Below, piece after piece: positions 39,416 to 51,154 of a stretch of 64,000 bases of DNA. How positions within the stretch are numbered: the stretch's first letter is position 1; each line of letters starts with the position of its first letter. A program made the position numbers and the translations under genes. The stretch is from Clostridia bacterium. Lineage in GTDB: Bacteria > Bacillota > Clostridia > JAAYHZ01. The stretch lies in the NCBI GenBank assembly GCA_050950825.1, contig JBMNIH010000007.1:128001-192000 (forward strand), read 5' to 3'. The notes beneath the pieces are model-generated. The model saw nothing but the letters and a program-made list of their open reading frames with translations. It was not told the origin of the DNA and did no database searches.

Positions 39416-40048
39416 GTGAGCAAATATATTCTAGGTAAAAAAGTTGGAATGACCCAAGTTTTTGATGAATCGGGATTGTTAATCCCCGTAACGGTCTTAC
39501 AAGCAGGACCGTGCACCGTTGTTGATGTTAAAACCAAGGAAAAAGACGGTTATTCTGCATTAGGAATTGCCTATGAAGATGTAAAAGAAAAAAGGCTGAA
39601 CAAGCCCCTTCTCGGTTTTTACAAGAAAATCGGCGTGTCTCCGAAAAAGTACTTGAGAGAATGGAGAACGGAAAATACGGAAGGTTATGAAATTGGCAAG
39701 GAAATCAAATGTGCCGATATGTTCCAACCGGGTGACAAGGTAGACGTTACCGGAACATCAAAAGGTAAAGGATACCAAGGCGTTATTAAAAGACACGGGT
39801 TCAGCCGAGGAAGAGAATCCCACGGCTCGAAGTTCCACAGAGCGCCGGGAGCCCTGAGTGCGCACTCTGATCCGGGTAAAGTTTTCAAGCTGAGAAAGCT
39901 GCCGGGACAAATGGGGAACGTACAAGTAACGGTGAAGAATTTGAAAGTTGTCAAGGCCGATAATGAGCACAACATTTTACTCGTTAAAGGCGCCGTACCC
40001 GGACCTAAAGGCGGTTTGTTGATTATCAAAGAAACAACCAAGTCTTAA
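39416..40048 (+). CDS. rplC: 50S ribosomal protein L3
   Basis: GKKVGMTQVF, SKGKGYQG, KGAVPGP. Confidence 0.98.
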   Translation: MSKYILGKKVGMTQVFDESGLLIPVTVLQAGPCTVVDVKTKEKDGYSALGIAYEDVKEKRLNKPLLGFYKKIGVSPKKYLREWRTENTEGYEIGKEIKCADMFQPGDKVDVTGTSKGKGYQGVIKRHGFSRGRESHGSKFHRAPGALSAHSDPGKVFKLRKLPGQMGNVQVTVKNLKVVKADNEHNILLVKGAVPGPKGGLLIIKETTKS

Positions 40049-40069
40049 CAAAGGAAAGGAGGAAAGAGA

Positions 40070-40693
40070 ATGCCTAAAGTAGACGTATATGATATGACCG
40101 GCAGCGTTGTTGGCGAATACGATTTGAAGGACGAGATATTCGGAGTGGAAGTCAATGAATACGCGATACACCAAGTCGTTTTGAATCAGTTGGCCAACAA
40201 GAGACAAGGTACCCAGTCCACCAAAACCGTTAGCGAAGTACGCGGCGGTGGAAGGAAGCCTTGGAGACAAAAAGGAACAGGACGTGCAAGACAGGGTAGC
40301 ATTCGTTCCGCACAATGGGTAGGCGGCGGTGTTGCATTAGGCCCGAAGCCCAGAAGTTACAAATATACTCTGCCTAAGAAGCTGAAGAGATTGGCTTTAA
40401 AATCCGCTTTATCCGGTAAAGTAGCGGATAACGAACTTATTTTAATCGACCAATTGACGTTAGATGAAATTAAAACCAAACACATGGTTGAAATCTTAAA
40501 GAATTTAAACATTAATGAGAAGGTGCTTGTTGTCATCGATCAGCCGGACGAAAAGATTCAAAAATCGATTCGCAACATTCCGGATACCAAGATTGCTTTT
40601 GTAAATACCATTAACGTATACGACATTTTGAAATATGAAAAATTCTTGGTAACAAAAGCTGCCGTCTCTAAAATCGAGGAGGTGTACGCATAG
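40070..40693 (+). CDS. rplD: 50S ribosomal protein L4
   Basis: [22 protein letters not shown]. Confidence 0.98.
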   Translation: MPKVDVYDMTGSVVGEYDLKDEIFGVEVNEYAIHQVVLNQLANKRQGTQSTKTVSEVRGGGRKPWRQKGTGRARQGSIRSAQWVGGGVALGPKPRSYKYTLPKKLKRLALKSALSGKVADNELILIDQLTLDEIKTKHMVEILKNLNINEKVLVVIDQPDEKIQKSIRNIPDTKIAFVNTINVYDILKYEKFLVTKAAVSKIEEVYA

Positions 40694-41046
40694 TGAAAAC
40701 CGCGGAAGATATTATCATCAGCCCGTATATAACCGAAAAAAGCAATGATGACGTTGCGGAAGGTAAGTACACGTTCATCGTAGATAAGAAAGCGACGAAA
40801 GTCGAAATCAGACAGGCGGTAGAAAAGCTGTTTTCCGTTAAAGTATTGAAAGTGTATACGATGAACTACCGTGGAAAGAAAAAGAGAAGAGGTGCTATAG
40901 AAGGACGCACTTCTCATTGGAAGAAAGCAATTGTGAAAATTGATACCGAAGCCAAACCCGAAATTTACTTGACCGAGGGTGGTAAGGAAGTCGTAAGCAA
41001 TCGTAAATACAAGACCGAGATCGAAGATTTCGGATTCAGCAACTAA
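40693..41046 (+). CDS. rplW: 50S ribosomal protein L23 (C-terminally extended)
   Basis: P.ITEKS, YTF.V, WKKAIV. Confidence 0.96.
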   Translation: MKTAEDIIISPYITEKSNDDVAEGKYTFIVDKKATKVEIRQAVEKLFSVKVLKVYTMNYRGKKKRRGAIEGRTSHWKKAIVKIDTEAKPEIYLTEGGKEVVSNRKYKTEIEDFGFSN

Positions 41047-41092
41047 AACAAAGTATGAAGTAGTGTTCACGTTTGGATAAGGAGTGAAACAA

Positions 41093-41923
41093 ATGGCAAT
41101 AAAAACATACAAACCTACAACTCCCGGGAGAAGAGGGATGACAGGTAACGCCTTTGCAGAAATTACGAAAAAAGAACCCGAAAAATCCCTTCTTGCCCCG
41201 TTAAAGAAAACCGGCGGTAGAAATGCAAACGGTAGAATAACGGTTCGCCATCAGGGTGGAGGAGTTAGAAGAAAATATAGAGTAATTGATTTTAAGAGAG
41301 ACAAGGACCATATTCCGGCAACGGTTAAAGCAATAGAGTACGATCCGAATCGCTCGGCATTTATCGCTTTGTTGTACTACGCAGACGGTGAAAAAAGATA
41401 TATTGTTGCTCCCGACGGATTGAAGGTAGGAGATACGGTTCTTTCCGGAGAAGGCATTGATATTCGCGTCGGCAACTGTTTACCTCTTTCCGATATGCCT
41501 GTCGGTTCCATTATTCATAACATCGAATTGAAGCCGGGTAAAGGCGGACAAATCGCAAGATCGGCCGGAAATGCCGCTCAATTAATGGCAAAGGAAGACA
41601 AATACGCACAGGTTCGTCTGCCGTCCGGTGAAGTGAGAAGACTGCCCATTAATTGCAGAGCGACCATTGGTACGGTAGGTAACATCGAGCATGAAAACAT
41701 TACCATCGGTAAAGCAGGTAGAAAACGTTGGATGGGCATCCGACCCACCGTTCGCGGTAGCGCTATGAACCCTGTTGACCATCCTCATGGAGGAGGAGAA
41801 GGCAGATCTCCTATCGGAATGCCCGGACCGGTTACGCCGTGGGGTAAGCCGACTCTTGGATACAAGACTCGTAACAAACAAAAGAGCTCTGATAAGTATA
41901 TCGTGAAGAGACGTAAAGGTTGA
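41093..41923 (+). CDS. rplB: 50S ribosomal protein L2
   Basis: [32 protein letters not shown]. Confidence 0.98.
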   Translation: MAIKTYKPTTPGRRGMTGNAFAEITKKEPEKSLLAPLKKTGGRNANGRITVRHQGGGVRRKYRVIDFKRDKDHIPATVKAIEYDPNRSAFIALLYYADGEKRYIVAPDGLKVGDTVLSGEGIDIRVGNCLPLSDMPVGSIIHNIELKPGKGGQIARSAGNAAQLMAKEDKYAQVRLPSGEVRRLPINCRATIGTVGNIEHENITIGKAGRKRWMGIRPTVRGSAMNPVDHPHGGGEGRSPIGMPGPVTPWGKPTLGYKTRNKQKSSDKYIVKRRKG

Positions 41924-41944
41924 TACTTGAAAGGAGGATGACGA

Positions 41945-42220
41945 ATGAGCAGGTCGTTAAAAAAAGGACCGTATATAATGCCCAAACTGTTGAAGAAGAT
42001 TGAAGAAATGAATGCCAAGAACGAGAAGAGAGTAATCAAAACTTGGTCGAGGGCATCTACGATTTTCCCGCAGATGGTCGGTCATACTATAGCCGTACAC
42101 GATGGTAAGAAACACGTTCCTATTTATATAACAGAGGAAATGGTAGGCCATAAGTTAGGCGAATTTGCTCCTACCAGGACTTTCAGAGGTCACGCTAAAG
42201 GTGAAAAGACCAGCGGCTAA
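41945..42220 (+). CDS. rpsS: 30S ribosomal protein S19
   Basis: [20 protein letters not shown]. Confidence 0.98.
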   Translation: MSRSLKKGPYIMPKLLKKIEEMNAKNEKRVIKTWSRASTIFPQMVGHTIAVHDGKKHVPIYITEEMVGHKLGEFAPTRTFRGHAKGEKTSG

Positions 42221-42256
42221 GTAGAGTACAAGAAATCCTGAGACCTAAAGGAGGTA

Positions 42257-42742
42257 TTGAATTTGGAAAAGAAAGTTATGTCCAAAGAGGAACTTCTCGA
42301 AAAGAAAGACTCTTTGCTTAAAGTATATAATGCAACACATGCAAAATCCAAGAGGCCTGCCCTCTTAACCAAAAAAGAAAAGAAGATCCTCGGCATCGGT
42401 AAGGATGAAGGCCGTGCATCGGTAACGAATGTCCGCATTCCCGCTACCAAAGCCAAGCTGGTTATTGACTTGATCCGAGGGAAATCCTTAGATACGGCAT
42501 ACGGAATTATAAAGAACGTACCTAGGGCAGCTTCGGAAATTCTTTACAAGCTGTTAAAGTCTGCGGAAGCCAATGCCGTTAATAATAACGAGTTGGACAG
42601 AGACTTGTTGTATGTAGCTGAAATTTACGCAAACCAAGGTCCTACGCTGAAGAGATTCAGACCGATGGCACAAGGGAGAGCCGGAAGAATCAGAAAACGC
42701 ACAAGTCACATTACTGTAGTTTTAAAGGAAAAGCAAGCTTAG
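42257..42742 (+). CDS. rplV: 50S ribosomal protein L22 (N-terminally extended)
   Basis: LIRGK, SAEANA, GPTLKR..RA.RI.KRTSHI; GGAGG RBS before the upstream TTG. Confidence 0.95.
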   Translation: MNLEKKVMSKEELLEKKDSLLKVYNATHAKSKRPALLTKKEKKILGIGKDEGRASVTNVRIPATKAKLVIDLIRGKSLDTAYGIIKNVPRAASEILYKLLKSAEANAVNNNELDRDLLYVAEIYANQGPTLKRFRPMAQGRAGRIRKRTSHITVVLKEKQA

Positions 42743-42753
42743 GAGGGTGAAGC

Positions 42754-43413
42754 ATGGGACAGAAAGTTAATCCGCATGGTATGAGGATTGGAATTATCAA
42801 GGACTGGGATACAAGATGGTATGCTTCAAAGAAAGAATTTTCTAAATTACTTGTAGAAGACGTTCAAATTCGTAAATACATTAAAAACGCTTTATACCAA
42901 GCAGGAATTGCAAGAATAGAAATCGAAAGAGCGGCAAACAAGCTGAAGCTGAATATTAGCACGGCGAAGCCCGGTATTGTCATCGGTAAGGGCGGAGCAG
43001 GCATCGAGCAGCTGAGAAAAGAAGTGGAAAAACTCACCGGCAAGAGCGTTCTGATTAACATTACCGAAGTGAAAAAGCCGGATATCAATGCGCAATTGAC
43101 AGCGGAAAACATTGCTGCACAAATTGAAAGAAGAATCAGCTATAAAAGAGCGATGAAGCAAGCTATGATGAGAGCAATGAAGGCCGGAGCGAAAGGAATC
43201 AAGGTTCAAGTGGGCGGACGCTTAAACGGTGCCGAAATTGCAAGAAGAGAACATTATAGCGAAGGGACCATTCCCTTGCAGACCTTGCGTGCCGATATCG
43301 ACTACGGTTTTGCCGAAGCTAACACCACCTACGGTAAAATCGGTATCAAGGTTTGGATCTTTAAGGGAGAAGTTCTTCCCATCAAGGAAGAAAAAGAGGA
43401 AGGGGGCGTTTGA
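42754..43413 (+). CDS. rpsC: 30S ribosomal protein S3
   Basis: [30 protein letters not shown]. Confidence 0.98.
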   Translation: MGQKVNPHGMRIGIIKDWDTRWYASKKEFSKLLVEDVQIRKYIKNALYQAGIARIEIERAANKLKLNISTAKPGIVIGKGGAGIEQLRKEVEKLTGKSVLINITEVKKPDINAQLTAENIAAQIERRISYKRAMKQAMMRAMKAGAKGIKVQVGGRLNGAEIARREHYSEGTIPLQTLRADIDYGFAEANTTYGKIGIKVWIFKGEVLPIKEEKEEGGV

Positions 43414-43415
43414 TT

Positions 43416-43853
43416 ATGTTAATGCCCAAGAGGGTTAAATACAGAAAAACTCAAAGAGGAGTTATCAAAGGAAAAGCAAATAAAGGGAACACCATCACTT
43501 TTGGTGAATTCGGTTTAGTAGCTATGGAACCCGGCTGGATCAAGAGCAACCAAATTGAAGCGGCACGTGTCGCCATGACAAGACGTACCAGCAGGGGCGG
43601 AAAGGTTTGGATCAAGATATTCCCGGATAAGCCCATTACACAAAAGCCCGCCGAAACCAGAATGGGTAGCGGTAAAGGAGCACCGGAATATTGGGTAGCA
43701 GTCGTAAAACCGGGCAGAGTTATGTTTGAAATCGCCGGCGTTCCCGAAGACGAGGCGAGAGAAGCATTCAGGCTTGCATCGCATAAACTTCCCATTAAGT
43801 GCAAAATAGTGAAGAAAGAAAAAGAAACGGATGGTGAAGCGAATGAAGGCTAA
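43416..43853 (+). CDS. rplP: 50S ribosomal protein L16
   Basis: [18 protein letters not shown]. Confidence 0.98.
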   Translation: MLMPKRVKYRKTQRGVIKGKANKGNTITFGEFGLVAMEPGWIKSNQIEAARVAMTRRTSRGGKVWIKIFPDKPITQKPAETRMGSGKGAPEYWVAVVKPGRVMFEIAGVPEDEAREAFRLASHKLPIKCKIVKKEKETDGEANEG

Positions 43854-44049
43854 TGAATTGAGAGAAATGACAATGGGTGAACTTAACGAGGAATTGAGAG
43901 AGCTTAAATCGGAATTGTTCAAACTCAGATTTCAGCATGCTACAAGCCGGTTAGCGAATCCTATGCAAATTAAAGCGGTTAAAAAGGATATAGCTCGGAT
44001 TAAAACGATTATTAGGCAACGAGAAATCGAAGGAATGAAAGCACAATAG
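43843..44049 (+). CDS. rpmC: 50S ribosomal protein L29
   Basis: [16 protein letters not shown]. Confidence 0.96.
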   Translation: MKANELREMTMGELNEELRELKSELFKLRFQHATSRLANPMQIKAVKKDIARIKTIIRQREIEGMKAQ

Positions 44050-44092
44050 CTGCTAAGATCCCTTACGAGCATGGGAAGGAGGAAGAACTTAA

Positions 44093-44350
44093 GTGTCTGA
44101 AAGGAATTTGAGAAAAACCAGAGTAGGAAGAGTTGTCAGCGATAAAATGGATAAAACCATTGTGGTTTCGGTAGAGGACATCGTAAGACACCCTTTATAT
44201 AATAAAACGATTAAGAGAACAAGCAAAATTAAGGCCCATGACGAGCATAACGAGTGCAGAATCGGGGACAAAGTATTGGTTATGGAAACCAGACCATTAA
44301 GCCGTCAAAAAAGATGGAGACTGGTAGAAATTTTAGAAAAAGCTCGTTAA
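44093..44350 (+). CDS. rpsQ: 30S ribosomal protein S17
   Basis: [19 protein letters not shown]. Confidence 0.98.
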   Translation: MSERNLRKTRVGRVVSDKMDKTIVVSVEDIVRHPLYNKTIKRTSKIKAHDEHNECRIGDKVLVMETRPLSRQKRWRLVEILEKAR

Positions 44351-44371
44351 ACGGCTAAGGAGGTATTCGTA

Positions 44372-44740
44372 ATGATACAACAGCAAACAATGCTCAAAGC
44401 AGCCGATAATACCGGCGCTAAAGAATTGATGTGTATAAAAGTTCTCGGCGGCTCGGGCAAAAAATATGCGAAAATCGGCGACGTAATAATCGCCAGCGTT
44501 AAAAGCGCAACGCCGGGCGGAGTTGTTAAGAAAGGTCAGGTCGTTCGCTGCGTTATCGTAAGAACAAAGAAGGAATTGAAAAGAAGCGACGGATCTTATA
44601 TCAAATTCGATGAAAATGCCGCCGTTATTATCCGAGAAGACAAAAATCCGTTAGGAACTCGTATTTTCGGGCCGGTAGCCAGGGAGCTTAGAGATAATGA
44701 CTATATGAAGATACTATCTCTTGCACCTGAAGTACTGTAG
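44372..44740 (+). CDS. rplN: 50S ribosomal protein L14
   Basis: [26 protein letters not shown]. Confidence 0.98.
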   Translation: MIQQQTMLKAADNTGAKELMCIKVLGGSGKKYAKIGDVIIASVKSATPGGVVKKGQVVRCVIVRTKKELKRSDGSYIKFDENAAVIIREDKNPLGTRIFGPVARELRDNDYMKILSLAPEVL

Positions 44741-44755
44741 GAAGGAGGAAACCAA

Positions 44756-45103
44756 GTGAATATCAAATCTCATGTTAAAACCGGAGACACTGTATTGGTT
44801 CTTACAGGAAAGGATGCAGGAAAAAAGGGAAAAGTGCTTGACGTACTTCCGAAGGAAGGAAAGGTTTTAGTGGAAGGAGTAAACATCCGGACGATTCACA
44901 AGAAACCTCGAGGAATGAACCAAGAAGGCGGAAGAATCGAGCAACCGGGGCATATCCATATATCCAATGTTATGCTCATCTGCCAAAACTGCAAGCAGCC
45001 GACCAGAATAGGAAGAAAGTATTTGGATGACGGTTCGAAGGTAAGATACTGTAAGAAATGCAGTGAAATCATAGATAACATTAGCAAAGGAAAAAAGGAT
45101 TAA
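44756..45103 (+). CDS. rplX: 50S ribosomal protein L24
   Basis: GD.V.V..GKD.GKKG KOW motif, HISNV. Confidence 0.97.
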   Translation: MNIKSHVKTGDTVLVLTGKDAGKKGKVLDVLPKEGKVLVEGVNIRTIHKKPRGMNQEGGRIEQPGHIHISNVMLICQNCKQPTRIGRKYLDDGSKVRYCKKCSEIIDNISKGKKD

Positions 45104-45122
45104 AGAGAGGAGGTTTCGGTAA

Positions 45123-45665
45123 ATGTCAAGATTGAAAGAAAAATATATACAGGAAGTAATGCCTGCATTAAAGGAAAAGTTCGGTTACTCGGGACCTATG
45201 GAAATACCCCGGCTTGAAAAGGTCGTCATCAATATGGGTCTTGGAGAGCTGAAAGAAAATCCGAAAGCCCTCGAGTTTGCCATAAACGACTTAATGACCA
45301 TTTCGGGTCAAAGACCGGTCGTAACCAAAGCGAAGAAATCTGTTGCAAACTTTAAATTGAGACAAGGCATGAACATTGGATGCAAAGTCACTTTACGGGG
45401 AGACAGAATGTATGATTTCGTTGATAAATTGATCAATATCGCACTTCCGAGAGTGAGAGACTTAAGAGGCGTGAACCCGGCATCCTTTGACGGCAGAGGG
45501 AATTATTCCTTAGGCGTTAAAGAGCAGTTAATTTTCCCCGAAATCAATTACGATAAGATCGATAAGATTCGTGGAATGGATATTACCATCGTGACGACTG
45601 CAAAGACGGATGAAGAGGGCAGAGCTTTATTGGAAGCACTCGGAATGCCTTTCCGTAAGAATTAA
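45123..45665 (+). CDS. rplE: 50S ribosomal protein L5
   Basis: [23 protein letters not shown]. Confidence 0.98.
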   Translation: MSRLKEKYIQEVMPALKEKFGYSGPMEIPRLEKVVINMGLGELKENPKALEFAINDLMTISGQRPVVTKAKKSVANFKLRQGMNIGCKVTLRGDRMYDFVDKLINIALPRVRDLRGVNPASFDGRGNYSLGVKEQLIFPEINYDKIDKIRGMDITIVTTAKTDEEGRALLEALGMPFRKN

Positions 45666-45677
45666 GGAGGAAATGTC

Positions 45678-45863
45678 ATGGCAAAGAAATCTTTGATCAA
45701 TAAACAGAAAAGAACCCCGAAGTTCAGCACTCGTTCTTACAACAGATGTCAGCTTTGCGGCAGACCGCATGCCTATATGCGTAAATTTGGGGTTTGTAGA
45801 TTATGCTTTAGAGAATTGGCATACAAAGGACAGATTCCCGGTTTGCGTAAAGCCAGCTGGTAA
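45678..45863 (+). CDS. rpsZ: 30S ribosomal protein S14, Zn-binding type Z
   Basis: RC..CGR...CR.C, GQIPG..KASW. Confidence 0.97.
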   Translation: MAKKSLINKQKRTPKFSTRSYNRCQLCGRPHAYMRKFGVCRLCFRELAYKGQIPGLRKASW

Positions 45864-45901
45864 GGATACAAAATGCCAATTTGGGTTAGGAGGTAGAGTA
45901 A

Positions 45902-46300
45902 ATGCAGATAACTGACAGTATTGCCGATATGATCACCAGAATCCGTAATGCAGGTTCTGCAAGGCACGAGTTTGTAGATATTCCGGCATCGAATACGAAA
46001 AAAGCCATTGCTGAAATATTGTTTAATGAAGGGTTCATCAAAAAGTATGAAATCATCGATGACAATAAGCAAGGCATCATTCGGATCACACTGAAATACA
46101 CCAAAGACAAGAAGAGTGTAATTTCCGGAATTAAGAGAATAAGCAAGCCGGGTCTTCGCGTATATGCCGGTAAGGACGATATTCCGAAGGTTTTAGGCGG
46201 TTTGGGAATAGCCATTATTTCTACGTCGAAGGGTATTGTTACCGATAAGGTTGCAAGAGAAAACAACGTAGGCGGCGAAGTAATGGTTTATGTATGGTAA
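45902..46300 (+). CDS. rpsH: 30S ribosomal protein S8
   Basis: IADM.TRIRNA, SKPGLR.Y, STSKG. Confidence 0.98.
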   Translation: MQITDSIADMITRIRNAGSARHEFVDIPASNTKKAIAEILFNEGFIKKYEIIDDNKQGIIRITLKYTKDKKSVISGIKRISKPGLRVYAGKDDIPKVLGGLGIAIISTSKGIVTDKVARENNVGGEVMVYVW

Positions 46301-46376
46301 TTAAAGAGACGCACCTAGCGTATCTGAAAAAAACCGAATAGAAGGTTTTCAATCTGAAGAACAGGAGGTGTTGAAT

Positions 46377-46919
46377 ATGTCAAGAATCGGACGTTTGCCG
46401 ATTAACATCCCGAGCGGTGTTACGGTTAAAATTGATAACGGTAATTTTGTAACGGTTAAGGGACCGAAAGGTACTTTGACACAAACGTTTCATCCGGATA
46501 TGACTATTGAACAAGAAGAGAACACATTGTTGGTAAAAAGACCGACCAATAACAAGAAACACAGAGCATTACATGGCTTAACCAGAAGCTTGTTAAAGAA
46601 CATGGTTGTCGGTGTTACGGAAGGATTCTCTAAGAAATTAGAAATCAACGGTGTCGGTTACAGGGCACAAAAACAAGGTAAGAAATTAGTTTTGACAGTT
46701 GGTTACTCCCATCCCGTTGAAATGGAAGAACCGGATGGAATAACTTACGAAGTTCCTGATGCGAATACCATTATCGTAAAGGGTATCGACAAACAGCTCG
46801 TAGGTGAAATGGCGGCTAAGATCAGATTTACACGTCCGCCCGAACCTTATCAAGGTAAAGGTATCAAGTATGCGGATGAAGTTATCATTCGCAAGGAAGG
46901 AAAAGCCGGTTCGGTATAA
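46377..46919 (+). CDS. rplF: 50S ribosomal protein L6
   Basis: MSRIG, KGPKG, GVGYRA, PEPY.GKG. Confidence 0.98.
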   Translation: MSRIGRLPINIPSGVTVKIDNGNFVTVKGPKGTLTQTFHPDMTIEQEENTLLVKRPTNNKKHRALHGLTRSLLKNMVVGVTEGFSKKLEINGVGYRAQKQGKKLVLTVGYSHPVEMEEPDGITYEVPDANTIIVKGIDKQLVGEMAAKIRFTRPPEPYQGKGIKYADEVIIRKEGKAGSV

Positions 46920-46948
46920 CGGGTTAAAGTGAAAGGAGTGAAACTGAG

Positions 46949-47311
46949 ATGATAAAGAAGCCTGATAAAAACGAAGAAAGAAAAAGAAGGCATGAACGGA
47001 TTAGAAAGAAAATTTCGGGTACGCCTGAAAGACCGAGATTATGCGTATACCGTAGTTTAAAACATATATATGTACAAATCATCGACGACAGTACGGGTCA
47101 TACCTTAGTGGCTGCTTCAACTCTGGATAAAGAATTAAAAGGCATGTACGGCGGTAATATCGAAGCCGCTATCGCTGTGGGCAAACTGGCTGCACAAAGA
47201 GCTCTTGAAAAAGGCATTACGGATGTCGTATTCGACAGAGGCGGATATTTGTACCATGGCAGAGTAAAAGCGCTGGCCGATGCTGCAAGAAGCGCCGGAT
47301 TGAACTTTTAA
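46949..47311 (+). CDS. rplR: 50S ribosomal protein L18
   Basis: RPRL.VYRS, FDRGGY.YHGRV. Confidence 0.98.
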   Translation: MIKKPDKNEERKRRHERIRKKISGTPERPRLCVYRSLKHIYVQIIDDSTGHTLVAASTLDKELKGMYGGNIEAAIAVGKLAAQRALEKGITDVVFDRGGYLYHGRVKALADAARSAGLNF

Positions 47312-47331
47312 CGCAAAAGGAGGGAAAGTAC

Positions 47332-47832
47332 TTGCAACGTAATTATTCCAATGAATTAGAATTGAAAGAAAAACTGGTGCACGTTAATCGTGTTACCAAG
47401 GTTGTTAAGGGTGGAAGAAACTTCAGGTTCAGCGCCTTAGTAGTTGTAGGTGACGAAAACGGACACGTTGGTGCAGGTTTAGGCAAAGCGGCCGAAATAC
47501 CCGACGCGATTCGAAAAGGTATTGAAAAGGCAAAGAAGAATTTAATCAAAGTTCCTTTAATAGATACAACTATCCCTCACGAAACCATCGGTGAGTTCGG
47601 AGCATCGAAAGTGCTGATCAAGCCGGCGAAACCGGGTACCGGAGTTATTGCAGGCGGAGCCGTTCGTGCCGTTGTCGAATTGGCCGGTATCAAGGATATC
47701 AAGACGAAGTCTCTGGGATCGAATAACAGTAATAATTTAGTAAATGCTACGTTGATTGCTTTGAAGCAATTAAAGAGTGCAGAAGATGTTGCCAAGCTCA
47801 GAGGAAAAGCCGTCGAAGAAATCTTAGGGTAG
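47332..47832 (+). CDS. rpsE: 30S ribosomal protein S5
   Basis: [18 protein letters not shown]. Confidence 0.98.
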   Translation: MQRNYSNELELKEKLVHVNRVTKVVKGGRNFRFSALVVVGDENGHVGAGLGKAAEIPDAIRKGIEKAKKNLIKVPLIDTTIPHETIGEFGASKVLIKPAKPGTGVIAGGAVRAVVELAGIKDIKTKSLGSNNSNNLVNATLIALKQLKSAEDVAKLRGKAVEEILG

Positions 47833-47844
47833 GAGGAATCTGAA

Positions 47845-48030
47845 GTGGCAAAGTTGAAAATAACACAGACAAGAAGTATAATTAAGTGCAAAGATTATCA
47901 GATCGCTACATTGAAAGCTCTGGGGCTTAAGAAAATCGGTAGTGTAGTAGTACATGAAGACAATGATGGTATTCGTGGAATGATCAATGTCGTATCTCAT
48001 CTTGTCAAAGTGGAAGAAATAGAAGGGTAG
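47845..48030 (+). CDS. rpmD: 50S ribosomal protein L30
   Basis: LKIT..RS, LGL.K, IRGM..V.HLV. Confidence 0.96.
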   Translation: MAKLKITQTRSIIKCKDYQIATLKALGLKKIGSVVVHEDNDGIRGMINVVSHLVKVEEIEG

Positions 48031-48043
48031 GAGGTGTGCATCA

Positions 48044-48490
48044 ATGAGATTGTCCGAATTGCAATCTCCTGCAGGAAGCAGGAAAGAGGGCAAGAGAAAA
48101 GGCAGAGGTCGCGGTTCAGGTCTTGGCAAGACTTCAGGAAGAGGACATAAGGGCCAAAAAGCGCGTTCCGGAGGCGGTATCAGAATCGGCTTCGAAGGCG
48201 GTCAAATGCCTTTGTACAGAAGAATTCCTAAAAGAGGATTCAACAACAAAAGGTTTGCTAAGCATTACACCGAAGTAGACCTGTCTGCTCTCAATTATTT
48301 TGAAGACGGTGCTGTTGTGGATGCACAAGTATTGTTAGAAAATAATATCATTCGCAAATTGGAAGACGATGGTATCGTCATTTTAGGCAACGGAGAAATC
48401 GAAAAGAAGATTACCGTTAGAGCCAATAGATTTACCAAGTCGGCAGCCGAGAAAATAGAAGCTGCAGGTGGAAAGGCAGAGGTGGTATGA
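48044..48490 (+). CDS. rplO: 50S ribosomal protein L15
   Basis: [25 protein letters not shown]. Confidence 0.98.
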   Translation: MRLSELQSPAGSRKEGKRKGRGRGSGLGKTSGRGHKGQKARSGGGIRIGFEGGQMPLYRRIPKRGFNNKRFAKHYTEVDLSALNYFEDGAVVDAQVLLENNIIRKLEDDGIVILGNGEIEKKITVRANRFTKSAAEKIEAAGGKAEVV

Positions 48491-48491
48491 C

Positions 48492-49778
48492 ATGGCAAAT
48501 ACTCTGGAAGCAGTGAGAAACGTATGGAAAATCAAGGACCTTAGGAAAAAGATTCTCTTTACACTGTTGATGCTTCTCATCTACAGAGTCGGATCTTTTA
48601 TCCCCATCCCCGGATTGCGGGCCGAAGAATTCGCCGCACTGGTTCAAAAAGGTCAGTTGTTTGGTTTTCTCGATATAATTTCGGGTGGAGCGTTCCAGAA
48701 TGCATCTATCTTTGCCATGAATATCACGCCATATATCAACTCATCCATTATTATGCAGCTTTTAACCATAGCAATTCCCGCTTTAGAGAGGCTGCAGAAG
48801 GAAGGAAACGAAGGAAGAAAGAAGATACAGCAGTACGTCCGTTACGGAGCAGTGCTGCTGGGATTCTTCCAGGCTTCCATGCTATATATCGGCATGAGAA
48901 GAGCCGTCTCCGACGGTGGATCCGTAATTTCCTTTTTTACCGTCACATTAACGTTTACGGCGGGAACGGCAATTTTGATGTGGTTAGGTGAGCAGATTAC
49001 GGAAAAGGGAATCGGAAACGGAATATCCTTAATCATTTTCGCAGGGATTGTTTCCAGAGGACCCCAAGCCGCTGCAACGTTATATAACTTATACGTGAGC
49101 GAACAACTTGGTGCCGGTATTCTTGGTATTATCGGAATCATATTCATCCTTGCTATGTTTATAGCCGTGATTGGAGCCGTTGTCTATATCCAAGAAGCGG
49201 AACGTAGGATTCCTATCCAATATGCCAAGAGAGTCGTAGGAAGAAAAATGTACGGAGGACAAAGTACACACCTTCCTATTAAAGTGAATATGTCCGGTGT
49301 AATACCCATTATTTTCGCCATGTCCATTATGGCATTTCCGCAAACCATTATCGGGCTGGTAGCCCCGAACACGACGAGTAAAATATTGATTGCGCTGTCC
49401 AAACAGGGCGGCCCCATTTATACCGTTTTATACGCACTGCTGATTTTGTTCTTTACCTTCTTCTATTCCGTTATCCAGTTTAACCCGATCGAGGTAGCGA
49501 ACAATTTGAAGAAGAACGGCGGATTTATTCCGGGAATCAGACCCGGGAAGCCGACGGCCGATTATATTTCCGGCATATTAAACAAGCTGACATGGATCGG
49601 CGGTATCTTCCTTGCCTTAATCACCATATTCCCCAGCATAATGGGAATCATTTTCGGTATACAAGGCATTTGGTTCGGCGGTACGTCCGTGTTGATTATG
49701 GTTGGTGTTGCGCTGGAAACTGCACAGCAAATTGAATCGCAAATGCTGATGAGGCATTATAAAGGATTCCTGGAATAG
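48492..49778 (+). CDS. secY: Preprotein translocase subunit SecY
   Basis: ITPYI, GIGNGIS, IPGIRPG, GGTS.LI.VGV. Confidence 0.98.
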   Translation: MANTLEAVRNVWKIKDLRKKILFTLLMLLIYRVGSFIPIPGLRAEEFAALVQKGQLFGFLDIISGGAFQNASIFAMNITPYINSSIIMQLLTIAIPALERLQKEGNEGRKKIQQYVRYGAVLLGFFQASMLYIGMRRAVSDGGSVISFFTVTLTFTAGTAILMWLGEQITEKGIGNGISLIIFAGIVSRGPQAAATLYNLYVSEQLGAGILGIIGIIFILAMFIAVIGAVVYIQEAERRIPIQYAKRVVGRKMYGGQSTHLPIKVNMSGVIPIIFAMSIMAFPQTIIGLVAPNTTSKILIALSKQGGPIYTVLYALLILFFTFFYSVIQFNPIEVANNLKKNGGFIPGIRPGKPTADYISGILNKLTWIGGIFLALITIFPSIMGIIFGIQGIWFGGTSVLIMVGVALETAQQIESQMLMRHYKGFLE

Positions 49779-49808
49779 GAATGAGGATTGTTTTGGCAGG
49801 TGATTAAA

Positions 49809-50447
49809 TTGAAAATTATACTGTTAGGTGCTCCGGGAAGCGGAAAAGGCACTCAAGCCGGTTTGTTGTATGAAAAGCTGGGTATCCCCCACATTTCAAC
49901 CGGAGAGATCTTTCGCAATCATATCAAGAACAATACTCGGCTGGGCCAAAAGGCCGGCGAGTATATGAAAGCGGGGCAATTGGTTCCGGATGAGCTGACA
50001 TGTGAAATGCTTTTCGAAAGACTGGAAGAAGAGGATTGCAAAAACGGCTTTATACTGGACGGGTTCCCGCGGACCATCAACCAAGCGGAAGCTTTGGACC
50101 GGTACTTTAAAGAAAAGGGACAGGAAATTGACAAGGTAATCAACATCATCGTTCCCGACGAAGAGGTCATAAGACGTATCGGCGCAAGAAGAGTTTGCTC
50201 CAATTGCTCGGCAACCTATAACCTCGACTACGATAAGCCTGCTGACGAACTGTGCACCGTATGTCGTTCTCCGTTGATACAAAGAAAGGACGACTCGCCG
50301 GAAATCGTTAAAGCGCGCCTTGTGACTTATCATGAAATGACCGAACCGTTGATTAAGTATTATAAGAAATCGGGTAAATTTGTAGCCGTCGACGGAATTC
50401 TCGGCAAGTGGAATGTAAACAAGGTGATTATGAGGATATTAGGTTAA
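49809..50447 (+). CDS. adk: Adenylate kinase (Zn-LID)
   Basis: GAPGSGKGTQ, LDGFPR, CxxC..CxxC LID, QR.DD. Confidence 0.96.
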   Translation: MKIILLGAPGSGKGTQAGLLYEKLGIPHISTGEIFRNHIKNNTRLGQKAGEYMKAGQLVPDELTCEMLFERLEEEDCKNGFILDGFPRTINQAEALDRYFKEKGQEIDKVINIIVPDEEVIRRIGARRVCSNCSATYNLDYDKPADELCTVCRSPLIQRKDDSPEIVKARLVTYHEMTEPLIKYYKKSGKFVAVDGILGKWNVNKVIMRILG

Positions 50448-50502
50448 AAATACAATAAATGTTAATAATAGTATGATGCAGCTATATACGGAGGAACAAA
50501 GA

Positions 50503-50778
50503 ATGGATTTCCAGCCCGGAGATTCGGTTCTTTCCAGAGCCGGAAGAGACAAAGGCAGAGTCTTTGTGGTATTGGCTGTGCGTGAACCGGACTATATCAC
50601 CATCGCGGATGGAGATCTACGGAAAGTAGAGAATCCGAAGCTGAAAAAGGTGAAGCATGTGCGCCATACCGGTATTCGGATAACGGCCATTGCAGAGAAA
50701 ATCAAGGCCGGAGAAAGAATAACCAATTCTGATATTCGGAAAGCATTGGATGCCGCATTTAAAAACGGCAACACTTAA
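50503..50778 (+). CDS. KOW-domain RNA-binding protein (L14e-like)
   Basis: S.AGRDKG, ADG..RK..PK.K..KH; usual position before infA. Confidence 0.9.
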   Translation: MDFQPGDSVLSRAGRDKGRVFVVLAVREPDYITIADGDLRKVENPKLKKVKHVRHTGIRITAIAEKIKAGERITNSDIRKALDAAFKNGNT

Positions 50779-50793
50779 AAGGAGGGTTATAAT

Positions 50794-51015
50794 TTGCCTA
50801 AAGAAAGCGTTATAGAAGTAAAAGGCACTGTGACCGAAGCATTGCCGAATGCGATGTTCAGAGTCAAATTGGAAAACGGTCATGAGATACTAGCACATAT
50901 ATCCGGTAAGTTAAGAATGAATTACATTAAAATTTTGCCGGGTGATACGGTAACGGTAGTATTGTCGCCGTATGATCTGACAAAGGGCCGAATTGTATGG
51001 AGAGGTAAGCAATAA
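50794..51015 (+). CDS. infA: Translation initiation factor IF-1
   Basis: LPNAMF.V.LENGH, SGK.R, SPYDL.KGRI. Confidence 0.98.
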   Translation: MPKESVIEVKGTVTEALPNAMFRVKLENGHEILAHISGKLRMNYIKILPGDTVTVVLSPYDLTKGRIVWRGKQ

Positions 51016-51037
51016 GATACCTTAAAGGAGGTTTCAA

Positions 51038-51154
51038 ATGAAAGTTAAACCGTCTGTTAAAAAAAGATGCGATAAATGTAAAATTATTAAACGCAAAGGA
51101 CGAATCATGGTCATTTGCGAAAAAGAACCTAGGCACAAACAAAAACAAGGGTAG
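51038..51154 (+). CDS. rpmJ: 50S ribosomal protein L36 (below the ORF-track size cut-off)
   Basis: Manual translation [38 protein letters not shown]; AAGGAGG RBS. Confidence 0.97.
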   Translation: MKVKPSVKKRCDKCKIIKRKGRIMVICEKEPRHKQKQG

